A DNA stretch of 38,429 bases from Oscillospiraceae bacterium (GTDB lineage: Bacteria > Bacillota > Clostridia > Oscillospirales > Oscillospiraceae): the NCBI GenBank assembly GCA_045616105.1, contig JAZLGD010000153.1, positions 1 to 38,429 of the forward strand. The letters run 5' to 3'. Shown piece by piece: positions 28,103-35,137 of the stretch (position 1 is the stretch's first letter; every line of letters begins with the position of its first letter). Under the pieces are notes generated by a model, which worked only from the letters and a program-made list of their open reading frames with translations, had not been told where the DNA came from and did not search any database. The position numbers and the translations under genes were made by a program.

Positions 28103-28834
28103 TTATTTTCTCGGTGTGTATCCTGCGAGGCAGTACGGAAGCTCCATTCGGTTTGCTTCGAGAAGCTCCTTATTTCTCAGAATCTCATCCGCTCTGCCGT
28201 CGGCAACTATTTCGCCGCTTGAGATGAGTATAACTCTGTCGCAAGTATCCAGAATCATGTCAAGGTCATGGGAGGCGATGAGCTTTGTCATCGTCAGCTT
28301 GTTTATGGCGTTTATGACCGTGCGTCGGTTCATTGGATCGAGCGCTGTTGATGGCTCATCCATAAGCACAGCCTCGGGCTCCATGGCAAGGACCGTTGCA
28401 ATGGCGGCCATGCGTTTTTCGCCGCCGGATATTTTATGATTATAACGGTGCTTGAGCTCCGTAAGCCCCAGCTCCGTAAGCACCTTATCCACCTTTTCCT
28501 CTGCCTCTTCCTTGGAAAGACCGTAGTTTCGCGGTGCAAACATCATGTCCTCATAGACCGTGGGCATAAACATCTGATTATCCGAATTCTGAAGCACAAA
28601 GCCCAGCTTGCGGCGTATCTCGGGAAGATTCTCCTTTTTGACGGGAATACCGTCTACCCGCACTTCCCCGTTGCACGGAATAAGTCCGAGCAGGATTTTC
28701 ATTATTGTGGATTTACCCGCGCCGTTTGCACCGATAAGTCCCACAGACTCGCCGTCATTTATGGTAAAGGAAAGGTTTTTCAGTACGGAGGTTTTCTTTT
28801 CGTATGAAAAAGATACATTGTCAAATTCTATCAT
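28103..28834 (-). CDS. cbiO: ECF transporter ATPase component (CbiO-type)
   Basis: The start was moved to MIEFDNVSFSY (RBS gaggaa). Walker A is GANGAGKST, the signature is ISGGEKRM, and Walker B is LMDEP. Confidence 0.9.
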   Translation of the reverse strand: MIEFDNVSFSYEKKTSVLKNLSFTINDGESVGLIGANGAGKSTIMKILLGLIPCNGEVRVDGIPVKKENLPEIRRKLGFVLQNSDNQMFMPTVYEDMMFAPRNYGLSKEEAEEKVDKVLTELGLTELKHRYNHKISGGEKRMAAIATVLAMEPEAVLMDEPSTALDPMNRRTVINAINKLTMTKLIASHDLDMILDTCDRVILISSGEIVADGRADEILRNKELLEANRMELPYCLAGYTPRK

Positions 28835-28844
28835 GGTATATTCC

Positions 28845-29669
28845 TCACATGAAAATACTGCCCAGCATCTGCGGCAGATTGTACTCGCGCGCTGCGATAA
28901 AAAACGCAATACAGACGATCATATAAATCACTGCGCCAATGGTACAGGGCTTCGTATCGGCATAGTAGAATTCGCCCTTGAATCCGCGCAGCTGCATGCT
29001 CTGATAAAGCTCGTCTGCCCTGTCCATGCTACGCAGGAGAAGCTGACCCAGAAACGAGCCCCACGCCGATATGTGAATTCCCTTTTGCTTGGGCGCGCGC
29101 AGATGATACGCCTCGCTCATTATACTGACCTCATTGAGCATAACTGCAATATATCGGTAAGTCAGCAGGAGGAGCGTCACGATCATCCCGGGAACATGGA
29201 GCTTTCTCAATGCAGCACATATTGCGTCCATTGAAGTTGTTGCAATGAGCAAGAATGATGCCATAAGCGCAAACACACCTTTAAGCATCAGTGTTATCAT
29301 CGAGATAACGCCTCCGGATATGGCAACAGAGCCGACATTCAGCATGACTGCCTTGTCAAAGAAAGGATTTACAAGGCCGACAGCGCACACAAGGGGCATT
29401 ACAATTCTTAACTTGTAAAAACAGGTTCGCACTGAAACTCCGCTTATCTGGAACACAATAATGGGATACAACACCATTATAATCAGTCCGCTGAGGTTAT
29501 ACTTGTCAAACGATACCACAAAGAAGATGTAAGCCAGCGTGACAATGAGTTTTACCAGCGGATGCAGATCGTGTATGGGAGATGACTTTGCCGAGAGCTC
29601 GTCCATTTCCTGAAATTCAGTCAGCGCATTCGAAATTTTATCCATATAAAAACCTACAAAAATGTGCAT
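28845..29669 (-). CDS. cbiQ: ECF transporter T component (CbiQ-type)
   Basis: A polytopic membrane protein of about 270 aa lying between cbiM and cbiO. The start is ambiguous between 29669 and 29645. Confidence 0.8.
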   Translation of the reverse strand: MHIFVGFYMDKISNALTEFQEMDELSAKSSPIHDLHPLVKLIVTLAYIFFVVSFDKYNLSGLIIMVLYPIIVFQISGVSVRTCFYKLRIVMPLVCAVGLVNPFFDKAVMLNVGSVAISGGVISMITLMLKGVFALMASFLLIATTSMDAICAALRKLHVPGMIVTLLLLTYRYIAVMLNEVSIMSEAYHLRAPKQKGIHISAWGSFLGQLLLRSMDRADELYQSMQLRGFKGEFYYADTKPCTIGAVIYMIVCIAFFIAAREYNLPQMLGSIFM

Positions 29670-29717
29670 TTAGAGGGCATCCGACGGACGCCCTCCAAAA
29701 GTATAACATATAACTAT

Positions 29718-30782
29718 TTATTTTGCATTATTTTTCTTTCTGAAGAAGCCGCCTGCGAGGCAGATAAGTACTGCAACACCGGCAACCATTGCCGAGCCTA
29801 CCAGACCGGATACCGTGGTGCCTGCGGGATTATCGCCGTCATTTGAGAAGGCATAATCAGGCAGGAATGCGGTGCTTTCCTGAATTGCGCCCGCTTTGTC
29901 TGCGGCATCGCTCTTGTAGCCGTAGTCCTCTTCGTCCAGTCCCATGTTTTCGCTGTAGCCTGCTTCAGCGTTGCCGAACATGGACCATTCAAGTCCGTCG
30001 GGGTTGGAGCTTGCAACGAGAGATAAGCCGCCGCCGACAACTGCTGCAACCAGTGCAAGAACAACGATTGTAGTCTTTAAGGACATCTTTGTTGCGGTTA
30101 CCTTGCCCTCTGCATCAACATCACGCAGAAGCTCGGGACGAACTTCGTAGATGAACAGAAGAACCGCTGTGGTTATAAGGACTTCGATAAGACCTACTGC
30201 AAGATGTATGGGCTGCATAATGCCAACGAAGGTACCGAAGGGCAGCTCAGTGATGCCGGAGATGGTTGTTTCGAGAACAACGGAGAATGCGCCAAGCTGC
30301 AGAGTCAGAACGCAGCCGAGAATTGAAGCGAGAGTGATCTTTGCTCTGCCGGCCTTCTTGCCCTCAAGCTTTGAGAACAGATTGCCCTTCATTATCGGCT
30401 TCCAGATAAGGAAGTAGCCGACGAAGCATCCGTAGAATGCCATATTCCACACATTTGCGCCCAGCGCCATCAGGCCGCCGTCAGCAAAGAACAGGCATTG
30501 TATTGTCAGGATTACTATCATGGACAGGAAACCCGCCCATGGGCCTAACAGGCCTGTCAGAAGCATGCCTCCGCACATATGGCCCGATGAACCTGTTCCG
30601 GGAATAGTATAATTAATCATCTGTCCTGCAAATACCAGGGCAGCGGTAACTGCCATTACAGGAAGCTTCTGAGTATTTTCATCCTTGCGGACTTTTGAAA
30701 CTGACACGCCTGCGGTTGCTGCCGATGCGGCATACATAGTCGCGGCAACTGCGGGAGCGAGCAGTGCGTCTGCCATATGCAT
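29718..30782 (-). CDS. cbiM: CbiM/NikM-type ECF substrate component fused to a PDGLE-domain (CbiN/NikN-like) C-terminal extension
   Basis: The N-terminal MH (MHMADALLAP) is the metal-ligating end of CbiM/NikM. SSNPDGLEWS appears in the extension, and there is a terminal TM helix. Confidence 0.8.
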   Translation of the reverse strand: MHMADALLAPAVAATMYAASAATAGVSVSKVRKDENTQKLPVMAVTAALVFAGQMINYTIPGTGSSGHMCGGMLLTGLLGPWAGFLSMIVILTIQCLFFADGGLMALGANVWNMAFYGCFVGYFLIWKPIMKGNLFSKLEGKKAGRAKITLASILGCVLTLQLGAFSVVLETTISGITELPFGTFVGIMQPIHLAVGLIEVLITTAVLLFIYEVRPELLRDVDAEGKVTATKMSLKTTIVVLALVAAVVGGGLSLVASSNPDGLEWSMFGNAEAGYSENMGLDEEDYGYKSDAADKAGAIQESTAFLPDYAFSNDGDNPAGTTVSGLVGSAMVAGVAVLICLAGGFFRKKNNAK

Positions 30783-30812
30783 AACATGTACCTCTTTTTC
30801 TAAGATAATACC

Positions 30813-30841
30813 ATTATAAGCTTGCCGTATTTTCTTAACAA
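30813..30841 (-). promoter_or_regulatory. Sigma-A-type promoter of the ECF Co/Ni operon
   Basis: In the minus sense it reads TTGTTA, a 17-nt spacer, then TATAAT, about 25 nt before the SD aaagagg. Confidence 0.6.
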
Positions 30842-30970
30842 CCTCGGCGGGGGGATGAAATGTTCAACAAAAATCAATCCTCGTTTTTGTGCATTTTAGC
30901 ATTTTCAATCTTAAAATGTCGTTTTTTGCTTCCCTTTCGCGGAACCAAATCAATTCCTGCCCTAAAATTT

Positions 30971-31000
30971 AAAAGTGCTACAATCTCTTGCAGCACTTTT
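30971..31000. terminator. Terminator-like hairpin flanked by A/T runs in the long non-coding stretch
   Basis: aaaagtgct acaatctcttgc agcactttt. Confidence 0.45.
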
Positions 31001-31119
31001 AAAAGGAGTTGTTCGCAGGAGGATAACCTAAAACCTCCCGCAGTTTCATTTTGAAAGACCTAACATATTCGATTCACCTGATGGTGAAAGCATAGCACAT
31101 CAGTTGCCCGCTTCACAAG

Positions 31120-31200
31120 CCCCAGTGGGGGATATTTTTTCAAAAAAATTCGAATTTTTTCGTGTTTTATCCCCTGCAGGGGGATATTTTTTGCAAAAAA
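31120..31200. repeat. Two copies (about 51 bp apart) of a composite palindromic motif CCCC-N3/4-GGGG-GATA-TTTTTT-N1/2-AAAAAA
   Basis: ccccagtgggggatattttttcaaaaaaa at 31120 and cccctgcagggggatattttttgcaaaaaa at 31171. Confidence 0.6.
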
Positions 31201-31235
31201 GTTCTTCAAATCACAATTTCAAGCAAGCAAAAAAG

Positions 31236-31391
31236 CTTGGATTCGTAGGAAGGCCTCTGCTAACAATGACGGTTGTTCCAATGCTTGCGGAAATGCGCGG
31301 CAGCGATGACGCATATGCAACGGGGATTACAGTTGCAACGCTTGCGGCGAGTATAGTCACCATACCGGTAGTGGCAATGCTGACGATGTGA
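31236..31391 (+). pseudogene. C-terminal remnant (about 50 codons) of a membrane transporter, AEC/permease-like
   Basis: The translated tail GRPLLTMTVVPMLAEMRGSDDAYATGITVATLAASIVTIPVVAMLTM resembles the last two helices of AEC-family carriers. No upstream body is present. The terminator is still in place. Confidence 0.4.
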
Positions 31392-31442
31392 GAGCAAATT
31401 GAAAAGCTGCGGTAAGTCATAAGATTCGAAGCTCTGCATTGA

Positions 31443-31474
31443 GAGGGGATTGCGTATCCCCTTTTCCTTCTTTT
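31443..31474 (+). terminator. Rho-independent terminator after the transporter remnant
   Basis: aggggat tgcgt atcccct tttccttctttt. Confidence 0.65.
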
Positions 31475-31505
31475 GCGCGAAATCTATAAACCCTTATATA
31501 ATTAT

Positions 31506-31533
31506 GCACCTCACATCAGGAAATGTGAGGTGC
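31506..31533. terminator. 11-bp perfect hairpin downstream of the lipoprotein gene
   Basis: gcacctcacat caggaa atgtgaggtgc. Confidence 0.5.
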
Positions 31534-31572
31534 AATATATTTTCAGAATTCAGGCTTCTTACTGTGTCAAAA

Positions 31573-32181
31573 TCAATAGCTAAGGTTCTTCATAAAATCT
31601 TCAACGATTCTGTCACACTCGTTTTTATTTGCTGCCGGATAATTAATGCTCACTTCAATTCCCCGGTCTCCAATTCTTACTTCGTGTATGTAATACACAT
31701 TGTCCCCGGAAAGGCCGGACACCGTAAAGGAATTCTCAGCTGATGTATTATACGTAACGCCATCGGTTTGACTATAGTAATCGTAAGAATCTTCAAACCA
31801 GTTCTCTCCTATATTTATTTCAGGAGCATTAAGGCAAGCGACATCTATACTCATATTCAAATCAGAACGAGTGTATGAATAGGACCGCATACCGGGTGCT
31901 TTAGCGTGGCCCTCATAGTCCGACTCAACGAATTTTTCCGGGACATAGAACCGCACCATATCCGCATCTATCCATCCGATTGCAGACTCTGGTTTATCTG
32001 ACTGTTCAGGGGCATCAGTTGAAATGTCCACCGTGGGAGTCGGATTGACTGTATCGGTAACAGCCGGCGACTCTGTGTTGCTTTTTTCTGGTGCTTCTTG
32101 TTCAGCCGCTTTGTTGCACGCGCATAGCAAAAGTAACGCCGCAATCAATGACAGTGCAAACAGCAAAACTCTTCTGTTCAT
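31573..32181 (-). CDS. Putative lipoprotein of unknown function
   Basis: The start was moved to MNRRVLLFALSLIAALLLLCAC (the lipobox-like LCAC; RBS gaggtg). A low-complexity linker is followed by a globular domain. Confidence 0.6.
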   Translation of the reverse strand: MNRRVLLFALSLIAALLLLCACNKAAEQEAPEKSNTESPAVTDTVNPTPTVDISTDAPEQSDKPESAIGWIDADMVRFYVPEKFVESDYEGHAKAPGMRSYSYTRSDLNMSIDVACLNAPEINIGENWFEDSYDYYSQTDGVTYNTSAENSFTVSGLSGDNVYYIHEVRIGDRGIEVSINYPAANKNECDRIVEDFMKNLSY

Positions 32182-32307
32182 CCAGTTCACCTCAACTTTG
32201 TTATTGTGAGATCATTTTACCATAAGCTGTATTGAAACGGAATATCTTTTTGGAATATTTCACTCTCTCACCTGTTTTGAGCTAAGTGTATAAGCTCTCC
32301 ACCAAGA

Positions 32308-32335
32308 CAAAAAACCACACCTTTCGGTGTGGTTT
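32308..32335 (-). terminator. Copy of the tRNA-Ala terminator hairpin (GAAA loop in the minus sense)
   Basis: aaaaaaccacacc tttc ggtgtggtttt. The same hairpin occurs at 34172..34199 and 36026..36053. Confidence 0.7.
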
Positions 32336-32343
32336 TCAGGTTT

Positions 32344-32404
32344 TGGTGGAGACGGAGAGGATCGAACTCTTGACCTCATGAACGCCATTCATGCGCTCTC
32401 CCAA
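32344..32404 (-). pseudogene. tRNA-Ala 3' fragment (D-loop to CCA, 61 nt) lacking the 5' acceptor strand and D-stem
   Basis: It matches 36058..36118 at 60/61 positions (one change in the anticodon loop). It diverges at ...ctctcccaa|gtcgtacgg. Confidence 0.9.
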
Positions 32405-32567
32405 GTCGTACGGTTGCGCACCTCAATCGATGATGTGAGGTTTGGTGCGAGATATAAGATAAGTGGCATATTTTTAAAGGAAAGCATATTCTAGTATGGT
32501 TCATTATTATTTTAGGTAAAATGCTTTAGGGGACCTCCCCCCCAATCTTCCTAACTTGAGGACAGCC

Positions 32568-32596
32568 TTGACACATGCACCCATTGGGTGTATTAT
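32568..32596 (+). promoter_or_regulatory. Promoter of module A with an embedded 13-bp palindromic operator
   Basis: TTGACA, a 17-nt spacer, then TATTAT. The spacer contains CACCCA-T-TGGGTG (32578..32590). Confidence 0.65.
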
Positions 32597-32614
32597 TTGC
32601 TTGAGGTAACAAAT

Positions 32615-33265
32615 ATGGATATTCGTGAATTAAGATCAAAATTAGGATACACTCAGAACGAATTTGCTTTACGGTATAATATCCCTTTTCGAACTGTACA
32701 GAACTGGGAATCTGGCATGCGCACTCCCCCCGATTATGTTATAAAACTACTTGAGGAGCGTATTATGACAGATCTAATTAATCGAAAGACAGTGGCACTT
32801 CCAAAATACGATCCTCAAAAGATAGACCTTCCAAAAAGACGTGATTATATTGGTGCAATTTCCTGGCTTAAGGCAGTACGCAATTGCTTGGGCGAGTCCG
32901 TCGTTTTTGCCTTGGATGAAGCGCTTATGTGTCATGGTAGTTTTGGCGGGCGCAGTGATGAGTACATCGTCTGGGTTTATGGAGATAATTCCGTTGCTAG
33001 ATATAATGGTGTGGTTGTACTTGGAAATCGGATAAGCCCTTACAATGTAAAAGAAAAAAACGGCTTGCGATATACCGATTTTAATCGAACATTATCCGAT
33101 GCCTTTGCTAACGAATCGATTTTGGATATGCAGGGTATTACAGAAGCAGTCAGTAGATATTATTATCGTAGTGGAAACAGTTTTGATGGTATTTCTGTGG
33201 CTCCTGAGTTCCAAGAAAGATTTGAAGAGCTCGCAAATGAAGCCATAGATTATTATAGCAACTAA
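32615..33265 (+). CDS. XRE-type HTH protein with a C-terminal domain of about 150 aa; putative regulator/antitoxin (AbiEi-like role)
   Basis: 216 aa from MDIRELRSKLGYTQNEFALRYNIPFRTVQNWESGMRTPP (RBS gaggt 8 nt upstream). By recollection, the C-terminal part (ALDEALMCHG...IVWVYG...GLRYTDFNRTLSDAF) resembles AbiEi C-domains. Confidence 0.6.
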   Translation: MDIRELRSKLGYTQNEFALRYNIPFRTVQNWESGMRTPPDYVIKLLEERIMTDLINRKTVALPKYDPQKIDLPKRRDYIGAISWLKAVRNCLGESVVFALDEALMCHGSFGGRSDEYIVWVYGDNSVARYNGVVVLGNRISPYNVKEKNGLRYTDFNRTLSDAFANESILDMQGITEAVSRYYYRSGNSFDGISVAPEFQERFEELANEAIDYYSN

Positions 33266-33277
33266 GAAGGTGGTATT

Positions 33278-34012
33278 TTGAATCTATCAGCGGAAGAAAG
33301 AATAATGTACGAAGTAATGATGGCCATATATAACAGTGGCATTCCCATGAACTTCAAGGGATCAATGGTGCTGAAAGCCTGCTTGGCTGAAGCAGGTTAT
33401 TCTGAAGATACACGCCATACCACCGATATTGATGGTAACTGGTATTCAGATGTCCTGCCGTCGGGAGAACAAATGGTTGAATCCTTACAGAAGGCACTAA
33501 CAAGAAATAATATTGACCTGAATGTTAGCATTTATAGAATGTATGGGGAAGGACGCTCCGCAGGGTTTGAACTGTCGGATAATTCTACGGGAGAGATTCT
33601 TTTCTCAATGGACATTGATGTAAATCGCCCCGTTGCATCCACTAAAATATACGAGATCGAAGGAATCAGATTTCTTGGGGTATCTCCTTCGCAAATGATA
33701 TCCGATAAAGTTTCAGTCCTCTCCACTGATAAAGTTTTCCGACGAATAAAAGATGTTGTAGATCTGTATTATATCTCAAAAGTTTTCACTTTTAATAAAA
33801 CAGATATTGTTCAAACACTTAAAGATACTGGTAGATCTCTGGATTCATTTAACGGTTTTCTTCACAGAACCGATGATTTAAGACATTCTTATGATAAATT
33901 CCGTTTTGCAGGAGATATAAACAAACCAAGCTTTGATGATGTGTACCTTACTGTAAAGGAATTTATCCGTGATATTCTCCCGAAAGAGCGGTCTCATGAT
34001 CTGGAAAGATAA
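33278..34012 (+). CDS. DUF1814/AbiEii-like nucleotidyltransferase (putative type IV toxin / abortive-infection effector)
   Basis: 244 aa with a Pol-beta NTase signature: KGSMVLKACL...TRHTTDIDGNW, a second acidic block FSMDIDV, and an AbiEii-like motif DKVSVLSTDKVFRRIKDVVDLYYI. The start is TTG after gaaggtgg, and it sits 12 nt after the upstream stop. Confidence 0.65.
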   Translation: MNLSAEERIMYEVMMAIYNSGIPMNFKGSMVLKACLAEAGYSEDTRHTTDIDGNWYSDVLPSGEQMVESLQKALTRNNIDLNVSIYRMYGEGRSAGFELSDNSTGEILFSMDIDVNRPVASTKIYEIEGIRFLGVSPSQMISDKVSVLSTDKVFRRIKDVVDLYYISKVFTFNKTDIVQTLKDTGRSLDSFNGFLHRTDDLRHSYDKFRFAGDINKPSFDDVYLTVKEFIRDILPKERSHDLER

Positions 34013-34039
34013 GCAGCAAACGCAAAAGAATGCGTCTTC

Positions 34040-34072
34040 AGCCGATAAGTATAACTGTTCATCGGCTTTTTT
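34040..34072 (+). terminator. Terminator of module A
   Basis: agccgat ... atcggct tttttt. Confidence 0.7.
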
Positions 34073-34203
34073 GTGAAAATATGAAAAGCAAGTGTTTTCA
34101 ATCCACTCCATATATTTGTGGCATAATAAAATCATTATTTGAAGCCAGCGGATTATTCTTTTCACCAAAACAAAAACCACACCTTTCGGTGTGGTTTTTG
34201 TTT

Positions 34204-34264
34204 TGGTGGAGACGGAGAGGATCGAACTCTTGACCTCATGAATGCCATTCATGCGCTCTCCCAA
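34204..34264 (-). pseudogene. tRNA-Ala 3' fragment (61 nt), second copy
   Basis: It is identical over 61 nt to 36058..36118. It has the same breakpoint (...ctctcccaa|gtcgtatgg) and is preceded by the terminator copy at 34172..34199. Confidence 0.9.
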
Positions 34265-34427
34265 GTCGTATGGTTGCGCACCTCAATCGATGATGTGAGG
34301 TTTGGTGCGAGATATAAGATAAGTGGCATATTTTATAAAGGAAAGCATATTCTGGTATGGTTCATTATTATTTTAGGTAAAATTTTTTGGGGGACCTCCC
34401 CCCAATCTTCCTAAATTTGGGGCAGTC

Positions 34428-34456
34428 TTGACATATGCACCCATTGGGTGTATTAT
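34428..34456 (+). promoter_or_regulatory. Promoter of module B with the same palindromic operator
   Basis: TTGACA, a 17-nt spacer, then TATTAT. CACCCATTGGGTG lies at 34438..34450. Confidence 0.65.
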
Positions 34457-34474
34457 TTGTTTGAGGTAACAAAT

Positions 34475-35125
34475 ATGGATATTCGTGAATTAAGATCAAA
34501 ATTAGGATACACTCAGAACGAATTTGCTTTACGGTATAATATCCCTTTTCGAACAGTACAGAACTGGGAATCTGGTATGCGTAATCCCCCCGAGTATGTT
34601 ATAAAGCTACTTGAAGAACGTATTATGACAGATCTAATTAACCGAAAGACAGTGGTACTTCCAAAATACGATCCTCAAAAGCTAAGCCTTCCAAAGAGAC
34701 GCGATTATATTGGTGCAATTTCCTGGCTTAAGGCAGTACGCAATTGCTTGGGAGATTCCGTCGTTTTCGCCTTGGATGAAGCTCTTATGTGTCATGGTAG
34801 TTTTGGCGGACGCAGTGATGAGTACATTGTCTGGGTTTATGGAGATAATTCCGTTGCTAGATATAACGGTGTGGTTGTACTGGGAGATTGGATAAGCCCC
34901 TACAATGTAAAAGAAAGAATCGGCTTGCGCTATACCGATTTTAATCGAACATTATCCGATGCCTTTGCTAACGAATCAATTTTGGATATGCAGGGTATTA
35001 CAGAAGCAGTCAGTAGATATTATTATCGAAGTGGAAACAGTTTTGATGGTATTTCTGTGGCTCCTGAGTTCCAAGAAAGATTCGAGAAGCTCGCAAATGA
35101 AGCCATAGATTATTATAGCAACTAA
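34475..35125 (+). CDS. XRE-type HTH regulator/antitoxin-like protein, paralog B
   Basis: 216 aa, with 11 amino-acid differences from copy A by hand count. Confidence 0.6.
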   Translation: MDIRELRSKLGYTQNEFALRYNIPFRTVQNWESGMRNPPEYVIKLLEERIMTDLINRKTVVLPKYDPQKLSLPKRRDYIGAISWLKAVRNCLGDSVVFALDEALMCHGSFGGRSDEYIVWVYGDNSVARYNGVVVLGDWISPYNVKERIGLRYTDFNRTLSDAFANESILDMQGITEAVSRYYYRSGNSFDGISVAPEFQERFEKLANEAIDYYSN

Positions 35126-35137
35126 GAAGGTGGTATT

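Larger units (their letters stand above)
32293..34152. repeat. Tandem unit A (att-like block, leader, 2 genes, terminator)
   Basis: It is collinear with 34153..36013. Gene starts are offset by exactly 1860 nt (32615 and 34475; 33278 and 35138). Confidence 0.85.

Noticed and set aside
30860-31054. A 64-aa ORF and the N-terminal part of ORF 31104..31391 in the non-coding stretch.
   Set aside because: Neither has an RBS. The translations are low complexity and span terminator-like hairpins and the palindromic repeats. Only the last 50 or so codons of 31104..31391 look like real, remnant coding sequence.
30842-31119. A cobalamin or NiCo riboswitch upstream of the cbiM operon.
   Set aside because: I looked on the minus strand for the B12-box and for GGGAA/GGTGAAA core blocks. 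Only an isolated CCACTG was found, with none of the surrounding conserved elements. A near-consensus promoter lies downstream of this region, leaving no room in the leader. This should still be confirmed with a covariance model.
31506-31533. The hairpin gcacctcacat...atgtgaggtgc resembles the islet hairpin gcgcacctca...tgaggtttggtgcg (32417..32447). This raised the possibility of a third, decayed element copy.
   Set aside because: The similarity is limited to the stem arms (about 17 nt). The flanks show no further homology to the islet units. It is most simply the terminator of the lipoprotein gene.
32344-32404. Whether the two 61-nt tRNA-like segments are additional functional tRNA genes.
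   Set aside because: The upstream sequence (minus sense ...GCAACCGTACGAC) cannot pair with the 3' acceptor strand CGTCTCC, and it does not provide the 5' half of the D-stem. They are fragments, not genes.
33878-34264. ORFs that run across the tRNA fragments and terminator copies: 33878..34264 and 35936..36118 on the minus strand, and 34030..34233, 34139..34414 and 35905..36087 on the plus strand.
   Set aside because: Their apparent conservation between units is explained by the DNA repeat itself. They translate tRNA and terminator sequence (for example ...WWRRRGSNS) and lack start contexts.
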